Shown one piece after another: positions 13,038 to 25,799 of a stretch of 64,000 nt of DNA. The DNA lies in assembly GCF_009914755.1 (NCBI RefSeq), contig NC_060945.1; one strand, 5' to 3'. The DNA comes from the human T2T-CHM13v2.0 reference genome, Homo sapiens. Position numbers and translations under genes: made by a program. Numbering within the stretch: the stretch's first letter is position 1; every line of letters starts with the position of its first letter. The notes under the pieces were generated by a model, which saw nothing but the letters and a program-made list of their open reading frames with translations, was not told the origin of the DNA and did not search any database.

Positions 13038-13380
13038 ACCTAAACTACTATTAAGCTAATTTTCTTGATCTTTGCATATGGTGTTTGTGCAGTGAGACTG
13101 TTTTTCTTCACATTTCAGAATGTTATTATTTTTATTGATTTGTCATTTTAAGAAATAAGTATGAATCCAATGAGCATTGATAGAAAAGAAAACCTCAAAT
13201 ATTTTATTTGTTTCGTTGTACTGAATAGAAATTTTCTCAGAATAATGAAGGCAGAAAAAAAGAAATATTTTCATGCTTATGGTGTCATAGTTTAGCAGGG
13301 TGAAGAGAAAAGACCCTGAACAAAGGAAGCCAAGGGTTCTGGCTGACCAAACAAACCAACCTTCCCTAAAGAAGAAACGA

Positions 13381-14161
13381 GACACATGAAAAAATGCTCA
13401 ACATAACTGGCCATCAGAGAAATGCAAATCAAAACCACAATGAGATACCATCTCACACCAGTTAGAATGGCAATCATTGAAAAGTCAGGAAACAACAGGT
13501 GCTGGAGAGGATGTGGAGAAATAGGAACACTTTTACACTGTTGGTGGGACTGTAAACTAGTTCAATCATTGTGGAAGACAGTGTGGTGATTCCTCAGGGA
13601 TCTAGAACTAGAAATACTATTTGACCTAGCCATCCCATTACTGGGTATATACCCAAAGGATTATAAATAATGCTTCTGTAAAGGCACATGCACACGTATG
13701 TTTATTGTGGCACTATTCACAATAGCAAAGACTTGGAACCAACCCAAATGTCCATCAATGATAGACTGGATTAAGAAAATGTGGCACATACACACCATGG
13801 AATACTATGCAGCCATAAAAAAGGATGAGTTCATGTCCTTTGTGGGGACATGGATGAAGCTGGAAACCATCATTCTGAGCAAACTATCGCAAGGTCAGAA
13901 AACCAAACACTGCATGTTCTCACTCATAGGTGGGAAATGAACAATGAGAACACTTGGACACAGGAAGGGGAACATCACACACCGCGGCCTGTTGTGGGGT
14001 GGGGGAAGCGGGGAGGGAAAGCATTAGGAGATATACCTAATGTAAATGACGAGTTAATGGGTGCAGCACACCAACACGGCACATGTATACATATGTAACA
14101 AACCTGCACATTGTGCACATGTACCCTAGAACTTAAAGTATAATAATTAAAAAAAAAAAAG
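13381..14161 (+). mobile_element. 5'-truncated L1PA (PA5-like): ORF2 C-terminus and 3'UTR
   Basis: ORF 13698-13940 = L1 ORF2 end (MFIVALFTIAKTWNQPKCPS...); poly-A; TSD aagaagaaacga 13369-13380 and 14162-14173. Confidence 0.96.
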
Positions 14162-14366
14162 AAGAAGAAACGACCACAGTCGGATAACTCTTATTTTCAA
14201 TTCTTTCAGTGTTTTCCACAGAAACAGCAAAAGGGCATTTCTTAGACCTGAAGTGGGTGCCAAACCAGCAATGGAACAGAAACTTGAATAACCTTTCCTC
14301 TAAGAATACATATTGTGCAAAGAGTTTTGTTGTCCTCATAGGAAAATTAGGCTACTCTGAATAGAC

Positions 14367-14512
14367 TATATGTGTGTGTGTATATATATTCATACACACA
14401 TATAGAATATAAATAGGAATAGAATCGAATATATATGACTATACATATATGGTATATATGAATATACATATATGAATAGATATCATATATGATATATGTG
14501 TATCACATATAT
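14367..14512. repeat. Degenerate (TA/TG)n low-complexity tract
   Basis: Interrupted tata/catatat repeats. Confidence 0.8.
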
Positions 14513-16488
14513 AAAAGGCAGGAAAATATAATATCCACTATATTTTATTCTTTGATTGCTCGACACCCAGAAACCATTCTTCACATTAATTTATTTCAAA
14601 ATTTAACCTGCCAAACAACAATGCCTGTTTGACTGAGTTTACATTCATTGCCCATCCACAGAAATACAATGTGATGTGTTCTATTTAGCGCATTCTAGGA
14701 CATAGAGATAGTGCTTTTCTCATCTCCTACAATGTCTCGGTATTATATCAAAGTAAACTAAAAGGCAAATGTATTCATAAAGACATCTACATAAAATGTT
14801 AATGCAAAATAAAAGTAAAAATGATGATACAAGTAAAAAAAGTGATAAATTAATATGCTTGCCTAGACATACACACACAGACAGTATAAAGATGGGATTA
14901 TAAGCACAGGCTATGGTCTTCATGTAACTTATTATGTAATGTGTTATCTTCTGAGATTGCTTTTCATGAATTTCCATATTATAACCCTCTCCATATTCCC
15001 TTTTGCTTTAGCCAGCATATGGAACGATTCTACTTATTACCAGAGGTAATGTTCAGCTTTGATTTTAAACATTTTTTGTAGCTTATGTTAGGATCATTTT
15101 CTGTGTTTCTCCATGGCTGTACTGCTGGCGTGATAGGAAAGGAAGGCACACCAACATATTCTTGGGATATGGTCAGGGTTCATGTCTGACACTATCTGGT
15201 ACCTTTAATCCTATTTTTGCTAAAAATGCAGAACCAATAACTATAAGCAGAAATAACCCTGTTTTACTACTTGTTTACCTCAAATGTTTAAGTGAATGTT
15301 TTTCCCAATCAGTGGCATTATTCATTTTTTCCATGATCCAAATATTAATATTTGGAGAATCAAATATTCTAAACACAGAACAGAACACATTTTTAATAGA
15401 AATTGTTTGAATAAGCTGCATTTCTTACAACTTTATCATACATTGGTGGTTTTACGTGTTGGATGTGTGTTCATGTTTTCCAACACATACATGGGTTCCC
15501 ATGCTTCTCTTTCTTAATCTTTCTGTTTTACCTTACCATTCCTTTTTTTCTTATTTTTCTTTTCCCTATATCATAGAACTGATAGTTTGATTGACTTAGT
15601 GTTTAATATAAACACGTTTGGCATTCTCTCTTTTTGAGTATAAAGATGTACAAGTAAAGCATGTTGTATTTCTATTTTAATCTAGAATTCTAGAATAAGA
15701 TGGTTCTCAATTATTTTAAATATTTCTCAGTCCAGATATAATAATGCGCTTTCCAGTTCTCTTGAGGAATTTTGCATTTCATAAGCAACTACAAACCCAC
15801 AAATGAAACATATCACAGCAGGTGATAAGCAGGGTAGGAAATTTATAAAATATGTTATTTCTAGATATATTTGAAAGTTAAAGGAAAATGGTCCTCTTAT
15901 TAAAGTTAAACTTTGGTTGTTAAAGAAGTAGATAAAAGTAAAAGAAAGTAAAATTCTAGCTTCTTGAATTTTAGTCTAAGTGGAATAGAAGTACCCAAAG
16001 TTCTCATCTTGATAAAATAGAGTTCCTCTGTTACATTTTCACGGTCAACAAATTTACAATGTTGAAGTGGAATATCAAAATGCTTTTAGCAATACCCACA
16101 GATGTGAGACATTATAATAGAGCTTTGCTTAGGATAGCAATGCCAACAGATATGTAAATGTATAATTTTTGGCCTTGGCACAGGAAAAATGACTGACGAA
16201 ATTTTTGAAATATTTTCCATTACAGCATATCTGTTGGGGTAGAATGGTTTGGGTTTACTTAATTTCACAGCCTTTTCATAGTAAGAAGAATGGCCATAAT
16301 TTTTAGAACTGTAGGGCCTCAAACATGAGTCAGATGATTTTAGGTAACAATTTTTACCATAGTGGAATAAATTTATTTTATTAAAAATATGGTAATCTTA
16401 TAAATTATGATACAAGATATTTTGATATCCAGAATTTGTACTTCCCAAATCATCTTTGAAAGTAATTGTGCAAAGAAAACTTATTTCA

Positions 16489-16816
<328 letters not shown>

Positions 16817-17908
16817 TCAATTCAAGAAATAACATAGGGTTTTAAAAACATCTTTTAATAGAGAATATAAAAATCATTTTGATTGAAAATTTAACCTATT
16901 AGATTTTTCAAATAGATAAATGTTATTTAAAATACATGTATTATTATTATGACAACATGATTAGAAATGTTTTCATGGAAGATTGTGCTTCTTAGCTAAG
17001 GATATTTTAGGTAAAAATCAGAAAAGTAAGTTGCCTAAAAATTCCTTGAGAGAAGTTACAATCTTCTTAACTATTTTCTGCTCTCCAAAGTGCCTAGACT
17101 AGAGAAATGTACTTCAGGAAACACTTGATACATACTTGTTGATGACTGAAAGAAACTCATGTACTATTATAAAGTTAATAACTAAATACAAATATGTTTG
17201 ACCACTTTTTTGTAACATATATTTTATATTTAGATATTTTCACCATCTTAAAGACATTCACACAGAAGGATCAATTCCTGTAGGAAAACAAGAAGTAACA
17301 AACTCATTGAAACACATATTTCATAATTTTTACAAGAAGGGTTTTGCCCTGATGAGCGGGTTTATGTTTTGGTTAATACTATGTATTTACATGAGTATAA
17401 ACATATTTGACAGTTTTAGACATTCTTTCTTTTAGTATTGAAAAACATTAATAATTCAATCAACGATTTATACAATTTTAATATGATTAATATAGACTTA
17501 TATGAAAGAGATCTTAACTTTAGTGAATTTAAACAATAAAAAACTGTAATATAAAATCACTTTTTAACACGAGTGAATAGATATCATTGGTATGTTCAGT
17601 CATGTAAGAATGACGGAGAACCAAGGTTTTAATTTTCGTGTTAGCATTCAGATTTAAATAATTATTAAGGAAATTTTTCTTAGTATTTTATAGAGTTAAG
17701 AGTATTTTTAATTATTCATACCAAAAAGAATACAGCAGAAGTTTTATTTAAAGTAGAAATATTTAATTGTGTTGACTTAGGAAGAGACTGACATATTGCT
17801 TAAATTAAAAATGGTTTATATTTACAAACTTTAAACTCTGGCTACTCATAAGTTCATAACATTTTAAAGCCATAGCCTCCAAAGGTGAAGAATAAGAATT
17901 CAAATTCT

Positions 17909-18201
17909 GGCTGGGCACGGTGGCTCACGCCTGTAATCCCAGCACAATGGGAGATCAAGGTGGGAGGACTGCTTGAGCCAAGGAGTTCGAGAAAAGAGGG
18001 TAACATGATAAAAACCCATCTCTACAAAAAATACAAAAATTAGCTGGGAATGGTAGTGTACGCCTGTAGTCCTGGCTACCTGGGAGGCTGAGGTGGGAGG
18101 ATCACTTGAGCCCAGGTCATCGAGGCTGCAGTGAGCCCTGATCACACTTTTGCACTCTGGCCTGGGCAACAGAGTGAGACCTGGTTCCAAAATAAAAAAA
18201 A
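17909..18201 (+). mobile_element. AluJ
   Basis: gggaggactgcttgagcc J-type positions; diverged TSD ending aaattct. Confidence 0.93.
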
Positions 18202-18629
18202 GTTAAATTCTGTTAAAATGGTAGGATTGGTAGGATGGTGCAAAATAAAGATAGTGTAGACAGACGTACATCGACATCAATGGTTAAGACATCATGTTCT
18301 TTGGAGTTTCTAAGTATGAAATGACTTTTACTTGTAAACATATAGTTCATATACACCTAACATATAATTTACGATGTTACATTTATATGTCTTTGATTAT
18401 GTTGACACTAACTAGCATTTGCATGCAGACATTTTTTTTTTCTTAGTAATATCCCCTGCTATGAAATTTTATCTTGAGTCTATCTAACATTTATAAAGTC
18501 TTGAAATTGGATAATTGTTGCTTCTCTTTTAGAATTACTTTCATTATTTAGTACAACTCTGATAACTCTAGTAGTAAATAACTCATACCTCTTTACATAG
18601 AAGAGTCTTTGTTAAGGATAAAGTTTCCA

Positions 18630-18945
18630 TAGTTGTTGTTCAATGGGTATAAAGTTTCAGTTATACGAGACAAATAAGTTGTGGATGTCTGCTGTACAAC
18701 ATGGTGCTCCTAGTTAACGATACAGTATAGTATAGCACTTTAAAATTTTAAGGGGCAGATCTCATGTTAAGTATTGTTACCACAAGTACACACATGAAAA
18801 CTGACAAGTGCTGGACATGTGTATTACCTCGATTGTGATGATAGTATCACAAATGTTTGCATGTGTCTAAACTTACCAAATTGTATACAGTAATATATGA
18901 GGTTATTTGTATATCAATAATACCTCAATAAAGCTGATAAAAATG
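18630..18945 (+). mobile_element. L1MB-like 3'UTR end
   Basis: gggtataaagtttcagtta...gatctcatgttaagt...tacctcaataaagctg. Confidence 0.8.
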
Positions 18946-19074
18946 CAAAAGAAAGCAAAAATAAGTAAATCTGGGTTCAACATTCAATATTGTTTATTCA
19001 AATCTGGACCAGTGAACAACAAACCATTATAACTGAGAAAGGTAGAACTGACATTTCTAGTTAACAACTATGAT

Positions 19075-19290
19075 TCCTGTAGTCAGATTTTCTGAGTTAG
19101 AATCCTGGGTTAGAATCCTTCCCTGCAAATTGCATGACTTTTGGGTGATTACTTAATCTCAGTGAACAACAGGTATTTTATCTTGAAAATAGGGATGAAA
19201 ATAACCTCTGTTCAAATGATGTAATTAATGTAATGTGATATAACGGAAACAGTTATAGTACTAACATGCTCAATAAACATTAGTTTTTAT
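19075..19290 (+). mobile_element. MIR
   Basis: gcatgacttttgggtgattacttaatctc...gctcaataaacattag. Confidence 0.65.
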
Positions 19291-19389
19291 TATCTCTTAA
19301 GAGTGCTCATTCTGAATATGTCCAATTCTAATGATTTTCTTTTCTTCCTTATTAAGGAATGCAACAGTGATGACAATTATACATTGTTT

Positions 19390-19580
19390 TCTCTGAAGCT
19401 GGACTGCCTGGAATCTGCCATGTTTCAGCCATGGCCTTACATTAATCACTTGCCATTTCTAAGTTTCAGTTGCTTTTATTTAAAATGTGGTAAATACCAG
19501 TGAGTGCTTAATGCCCAGAGTTTTCTGAGGTTTAAAGAATCAATATATTTAAAGCAATTTATAAAGAGTTTAAGGCATAT
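19390..19580 (+). mobile_element. MIR fragment
   Basis: ctgaagctggactgcctgg...aagtttcagttgcttttatttaaaatg. Confidence 0.5.
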
Positions 19581-19814
19581 TTATCATAATGATATTATAT
19601 TATTTAATTTTAAACACCACTGTTTTATATTTTAAATATATACATACTTTGTGAATTTTAATTTTTTATAGGGAAAAACATCATCTGAAACTGTTTGTTG
19701 TCTTCCTTTCAATATGAAGAAAAACGCAGAGCTATTTATAAAACTTTGACCAAACTTTGATTTTACACCATTTTGTACAGTAGGATGGCAAGATTACATT
19801 AAAGCAGTTAATCT

Positions 19815-19960
19815 GTCAGGCGTGGTGGTACGTGCCTGTAGTCTCAGTTACTTGGGAGGCTGAGGCAAGAGGATCAGTTGAGCCCAGGAATTCTAGTACA
19901 GACTTGGCAACAAAGTGAAACCCTGACTCATAAAATAAAAAATAAAAACAAATAAATAAA
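19815..19960 (+). mobile_element. Free Alu monomer (FLAM_A-like)
   Basis: Single ~115-bp Alu arm followed by an A-rich tail. Confidence 0.85.
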
Positions 19961-21469
19961 TAATTAAAATTTAAAACTATAACTTCATGGGAAAAATATT
20001 CTATCTAAAACCAAACAGTTCTGTAAAACAGTAGAAACTTTTTAAGTACTTATTAAAATATTTTTAGAATTTAAAAACTGCCTGTGTAAACTGTAATACT
20101 ATATAAAAGCATGTGAGACACTAGCTTAAAAACAATAATGAAGAATATGGCTCCAATCAAAGTTATTATAATTCCTTTTTCCTGTACTGTGCAACAAAAG
20201 AATATATAGAAGCAAAGAAGAAGGAAAACAGCTATAACAACAAATAATAGGCAGCCAGAAATTTACATGAAAAAGCTTGATGGAAAAGAACTACTGTGTA
20301 GAAAATAAAAGAAATAGTATAAAAATGTGCTTTTTAAATAGAAAACATACTTAAATTCCATCTTGAGAAATAATTCTAAATCATATTTAATAGTACAATA
20401 AATTTAGAGAGGCAATTATAGTACACTGCATGCCAGCCTATTAATAATTTTTAGGCTGACCATTTAAGGGAGCAAAAGTGTTTTGAATAGTTTTTCACTT
20501 TTCTTTGTCATGACCGAACTGCACTAGATTTAGTCTAGTGCTGATTATCACCTCTCAAGAAATTCTTTACCCATTGCATTAGTTTTCTTCCTTCATTCTT
20601 TCTTTTGCAAGCTAACATGAGTTATTCTACAGCGAATAATGTGAGTATAAGGTAACACACATTTTGACCTTACTCTGCAGTCTGAGAATTGTTGAGCATG
20701 ATAGTGATGTGAATTTGGGTTCTATTATAATATGAATTATTCTGGTCATTATTTACTGAAAAGAATTAGACATTAAGATAAAGATATGCAAGACAAGCAA
20801 AAAGGTGTTACTAAGACCCAGGCTCTTAGTAGACAATAACTAATTTTTGTCCTCCTATTTAGATACTTTGGCTTTCATTTTCCCCCCAAATTTAGAGTGC
20901 AGAGATTGACAGAGAAAATACACTCTGATTATTATTACTAATTGTACCACAGGGTTCTGATATCATGAAGTGTGAAACTGGAATAGCACAGGTCTGGTTA
21001 ATTATTTTACTTAGGTAATTCTAGATTTTTTAAAAGAGGTTTTATTATAACTTTAATTTTAAATCTATATTTATGTTTCATTTGTTCATACATACAAAGC
21101 TGACAATAACTAAGATTGTTACTTTCTAAGTATTAAAGATTTGTCTTTAATTATTTGGACCATGTTCACAATTTTAGTGTGCTTAGGTTATATGTTTGAC
21201 GGAAATTCATTTTGTAAGGATAAAAACAATAAAACTAGCCTATAATTTTATATTTTAGAGATAATTTTCTATAATATTTTTGTTGTGACATTTAAAAATG
21301 AGTTACAAAACTCACTTTATGCTGCTTTTTTCACTAAATAAGTACCAATGCATTTTTCTTGCAATAAAGAATATATATGGCATCAAGTTAAAGAATAGAT
21401 AACATACACTGAGTGATTTTTCCCATTTATATGTATTAATTTTTTAAAAGTTGTTTGCTCTTTTATTAA

Positions 21470-22605
21470 TTTTTAAAAATTATTTTTATAAATGTTTCTT
21501 AGTACATAGGAGGTGTATATATATATTAACACAGTACATGAGATGTTTTTATACAGTATGCAATGTGAAATAACCACATCACGAAGAATGGAGTATTCAT
21601 CCCCTTAAGCATTTATCTTTTGACTTGCAATTGATCCAATTACACTCTTCGAGTTTTTTAAAAATATACAATTAAATTATTATTGACTATAGTCACCCTA
21701 TTGTGCTATAAAGTAGTAGGTCTTATTCATTCTTTCTATTTTTTTTTTAACCCATCAACTATCCCCAACTGCCCCTCAACATTTCCCTACCCTTCCCAGC
21801 CTCTGGTAACCGTACTTCTGCTCTCTGTATTCATGAGTTCAATAGATTTGATTTTTAGATATCACAAATAAGTGAGAACATGTGATGTCTGTCTTTCCAT
21901 GGCTAGCTGAATTCACTTAACATAATAATATCTTTAGGTGTCCTTTACAATTTCCTTCATTAGTGTTTTATAGTTTTCATTAATGAGATATTTTACTTCT
22001 TTGGTTTACTCACATATATTTAATTTTATTTCTTTCTATTGTAATTTTCTTTGTGTCTGTTTCATCCATGTTGCTGCAAATGACATGATCTCATTCTTTT
22101 TTATGCAGAATAGTAATTCATTGTGTATATTACCACATTTTCTTTATCCATTCATCTATTGAGGAACACTGAGGTTGCTTTCCAATCTTAGCTATTGTAA
22201 ACAGTGCTGGAACAAACATAGGAGTGCAGCTATCTCTCTGATATACTGATTTCCTTTCTTTTAGGTATATATCCAGCATTGGGATTGCTGGATCATATAG
22301 TAGCTCTATTTTTAGATTTTTGAGGAACCTCCAAACTGTTCTTAGTGGTTGTACTAATTTACATTCCCACCGATTGTGTACAAGTGTTCTTTTTCTCCAC
22401 ATCTTCACCAGTATTTGTTATTGCCTGTCTTTTGGAAATAAACCGTTTTAACTGGGGTGAGATAATATATCATTGTAGTTTTGATTTGCATTACTTTAAT
22501 GACCAGTGATGTTGAGCATCTTTTTATATGACCATTTGCCATTTATATGTCTTCTTTTAAAAAATGTCTATTCAAATATTTTAGACAATTTTTTGATCAG
22601 ATTAG
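21470..22605 (-). mobile_element. L1MA (MA1-3-like) 3'UTR and ORF2 C-terminus
   Basis: ORF 22130-22408 resembles L1 ORF2 end (KIELLYDPAIP...ALFTIAK...DEWIKKMW); catccccttaagcatttatc 3'UTR motif. Confidence 0.9.
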
Positions 22606-22615
22606 CTGATCAAAA

Positions 22616-22788
22616 GTAGCTGAGATTACAGGCATGCGCCACCATGTCCAGCTAATTTTTTTGTATTTTTAAGAGACGGGGTTTCTCCATGTTGGTCAGG
22701 CTGGTCTCGAACTCCCAACCTCAGGTGATCCACTCGCCTTGGCCTCCAAAAGTGCTGGGATTACAGGCGTGAGCCACCACGCCTGGCT
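22616..22788 (-). mobile_element. AluSp-like fragment lacking most of the right arm and the tail
   Basis: tttctccatgttggtcagg and ctcccaacctcagg Sp-type positions; broken at 22616. Confidence 0.9.
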
Positions 22789-22789
22789 G

Positions 22790-23310
22790 ATCTTCACACT
22801 TTTTGACCACTCAGAGAGAGGTCCATCTACGTACCTCTTCCCCCAAATTTCTTTGTCACCAATTTTTCTCTCATGCTTCTTCCAAGTCCCTGACCATCCA
22901 GCCAAACCATTGGCTACAGTCCATGAATCAGTATATAATCACACATCTGGTCATTTCTCCTTCAACGCAAAGTGCACAACCAGGTCCACTGCTCAAAGTT
23001 CTGCCCACTGGGAGGATTTCCTTTCACTGCTGTGCTTCAGGGATGTCCTAGAAAGGGGCTGTAGTGCTGCAGCTGTCCACTTTTGGGTGGTGCCTGCATA
23101 TCATGCAGAGTCATCTGTGAACCAGGCCCTAGTCTTCTCTTCCTCTGTCAACTGATCATAGGGAACTCCCCATGAGGCCATCGGTGCAGGCTGGGGGAGA
23201 GAAGGCAAGGTGGCAGGAGTGAAGACCATGGGCATTTGAGCCACTTCCTTGTGTAACTTACTTGTGCCTTCAGGACCTGCTCAAGCCCAATCACATATAT
23301 ACCACTTCCA
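22790..23310 (-). pseudogene. HERV-L pol fragment (tether/RNase H), disabled, no LTRs
   Basis: Minus-strand translation: WKWYI...PEGTSKLHKEV...SWGVPYDQLTEEEKTRAWFTDDSA*...KSSQWAEL*AV...LYTDSWTVANGLAGWSGTWKKHERKIGDKEIWG; RNase H motifs with several stops. Confidence 0.9.
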
Positions 23311-24660
23311 AGGTCATCCAAGACCTGAGTGGGTCTAGAGATGCCATCCAGGAGTCAGAGACTGGAGTCAAAAGTTTTAGAAGTCTACCTTGTATTCTAT
23401 TGTATTGTAGCTGAGCTGGCACTCAAACCACAGGACACTATCATTCCCACTCTTTCCAAAGACAGAGAGGCTTCACTCCATAGCCACTACAACTCCGGGC
23501 TGTGAGGAGTACTGCCAAACTACCACCGATGTACCCTTAAGGCTCAAGGAAGGGCTCTTAAGTCAGCTTGTTGTGAATGATGCCTGGCCTGGGACTCGCC
23601 CTTCAGGTCAGCAGGCTCCTTTCTGGCCCAGGGAAGGTCCAGAAGTTCCATGAAAAGTTCAAGTCCTGGAATCAGGGACCCAAAGAGGTCACTTGGTGCT
23701 CTACCTTCCTGTGGTTAGGCTGGTACCTAAGGTTCAAGATAAAGTCCCCTTTACTTTCCTTCTGCTTTTCTCAAGCAGAAGGGGTTTTGCCTTGTAGCCA
23801 CTATGGCCAGCTATGTACTGAATTTCACTTGAAGCCATCAAGTCAGAGGTTCATCCAAGGCGCTCGATTTAGGACCTGGGTATTGCTGCTGGTTATTCAG
23901 GACCCAAGGATTCTTCAATTACCAGGTGTTGAATGCTGCCCAGACTGGGTTCTTTCCTTTAAGGCAGTGGGTTCCCTTCTGGCCCAAGGTATGTCTAGAA
24001 ATGTCATCTTGGAGCTAGGTCCTGGAACAATGGCCCTCCCAACTCTAACCAGTATCTTAACCTGTTGTGGCTGGGCTGGTATTCTAGATCCAAGACAAAG
24101 TCCTCCCCACTCTTCCTTCTCTTCTCCTTAAGCAGAAGAAAAAGGTGTTTTTTGGAACTTCAAGCTGTGCAGCCTGGGGTTAGGGTAAGGGTGATGCCAG
24201 CTCTCCCTTAGTCACCCCAGCTGGTGCCTCAGTATGTCACATGCCCCTCAGTCCACTGTCTCTGGGCCTAGTTCAGGACTCACCTAATAGTTGCAGTCTT
24301 TATGGTCTAGACTGCCTTTCAAGTTCTCTTGGAGGCACAGAGCATTTTGGCTCGCAGTGGTGGTTTGCATCTCTTCAGTGCCTCTTGAAGCGGTATGGAG
24401 TTTACAGTGTTAAATAAAACCAGGTGCTATGAGTGCTCACCTGATGTTTGCTTCTAACGAGGGTGTGTTTATTTAACTTTCATTTTATTTTAACATTTAG
24501 GTTTGGGGGTACATGTGAAGGTTTGTTATATAGGTATACTTGTGTCATGGGGGTTTGTTGTATGAGGGTGTTTTTTTCTGTGTAGACAGTTTTAACTTGG
24601 TATCTTTTGCGGGGGCGTCGAGATGGGTGGAGCTTTCTATTTTGCCATTTTGCTCCACCC
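23311..24660 (-). mobile_element. L1M1/M2-type (L1MA) 5' region with diverged ~300-350-bp internal repeats
   Basis: Unit ttctggccca...gtctagaaatgtcatc...ctgga recurs near 23330, 23620 and 23980; ends in ttctattttgccattttgctcc, like the 5' tip of old L1s. Confidence 0.75.
24468..24563 (-). mobile_element. Extreme 3' tip of L1PA13-like element
   Basis: ggggtacatgtgaaggtttgttatataggta...gtgtcatgggggtttgttgta with T-rich tail; flanked by gagggtgt repeats. Confidence 0.75.
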
Positions 24661-24689
24661 TGCGTTTCCAGAGTGTTAAGAATGAGTCA

Positions 24690-25320
24690 GAAACTGTTCT
24701 TAGCCATGACTTGTGTTATCTCATTTATTCTTCATGAGCCATCTGTTAAACTAAATTTGGTGTGAGGATGCCTCCTACTTGAGACCTTATGTAATGAACT
24801 GCAACCTAACTTAGCATTTCAACTGTCTGAGAGCCTAACTAGAGTATACTTTTATAACAAATAGCTGAGGCTCAGCCAATCACAGCAGTCAAGATTCAAT
24901 CAGTCACAGGCAGCCAACTTATCAGACCATGTTCAAATAAGGTAGCTGATGGGCTCTAATCAATGAAGCTGCCTTTAGACCTCATTTTTGTTGTCTGTCC
25001 ATCAATGCTGCCTGCCCACATTGGAGGCCACAGCTCTCTGAAGCTCTTCTCATTCTGAGGGTTGCCTGATTCACCGATCATTCTTTGCTCTGTTAAATTC
25101 TGCTAGATTTAATTTGCCCAGAGTTTTTCTTTTAACACACTTTCTGAGATAGGTGGAGATAACATGATCATCAAACATTATTATCATTTTATTCTCTTTC
25201 CCAAATGAAGACACTGAGTCACAGACAAGAAAAGAACTCAGCCTACTACTAATAGTAAATTTGAAAGTGAGAATTTGAAGCTTGGTAGTCTGGATTGTGA
25301 GCCTGTATAATTAAACCCAT
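24690..25320 (-). mobile_element. MIR split by the MER57-like LTR
   Basis: tatctcatttattcttca before and caaatgaagacactgagtcacaga...atttgaagc...gtctg after the LTR. Confidence 0.6.
24744..25137 (+). mobile_element. MER57-family solo LTR (ERV1)
   Basis: tgttaaa...gaactgcaacctaactta...gccaatcacag...gttcaaataagg...cttttaaca. Confidence 0.8.
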
Positions 25321-25799
25321 GCTTGGCTTATTTAAAGCCACGTAATGTGTGAACTATCATTTATTTAAATTGATACTTCAAGTTTTCAGTGTCTTTTATT
25401 TGAAAACAAAACTGTCATTGTAAACAATTCCAAATCTTGCCATTAGAGAGTATGAATTTTTTTAAGAATTCTATAAGGTAGATATATTTTAAGTTTTTAC
25501 TTCATTTGCACTCCTTAGATTATAATGGAGGTAAATTATCAATGAAATTTCATTGGTAAATTTAATCATTCTTCTGCGAATTCATTTCTGAAGTTTTCAA
25601 ATTTCTCTCATTAGGTTTGTTCTTGTTTTTCTTGCATACCTGAGTTTCCCTTCACTTCTTAAAGGACATGAACACAGCCTCCCAATGCCTTGGTTCTTTC
25701 CCAGAAACACATTTAAATACTTGTTGAGAACAAATAACCACTGAGTATACATAAGACTATCTGTTGCCAACCTTTCTCTATAGTGTCTGAAAATTTTTA

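Noticed and set aside
13996-14017. G-quadruplex motif as a novel element
   Set aside because: It is the standard G-rich tract of the L1PA 3'UTR, also present in the other L1PA copies.
15681-15694. 14-bp palindrome tctagaattctaga
   Set aside because: 7-bp arms are expected several times by chance in AT-rich DNA.
20521-20541. 8-bp inverted repeat gcactaga/tctagtgc
   Set aside because: Short enough to be expected by chance in 64 kb.
23577-24131. 184-aa ORF as a gene
   Set aside because: Lies antisense in the L1M 5' region; no recognisable domain or splice context.
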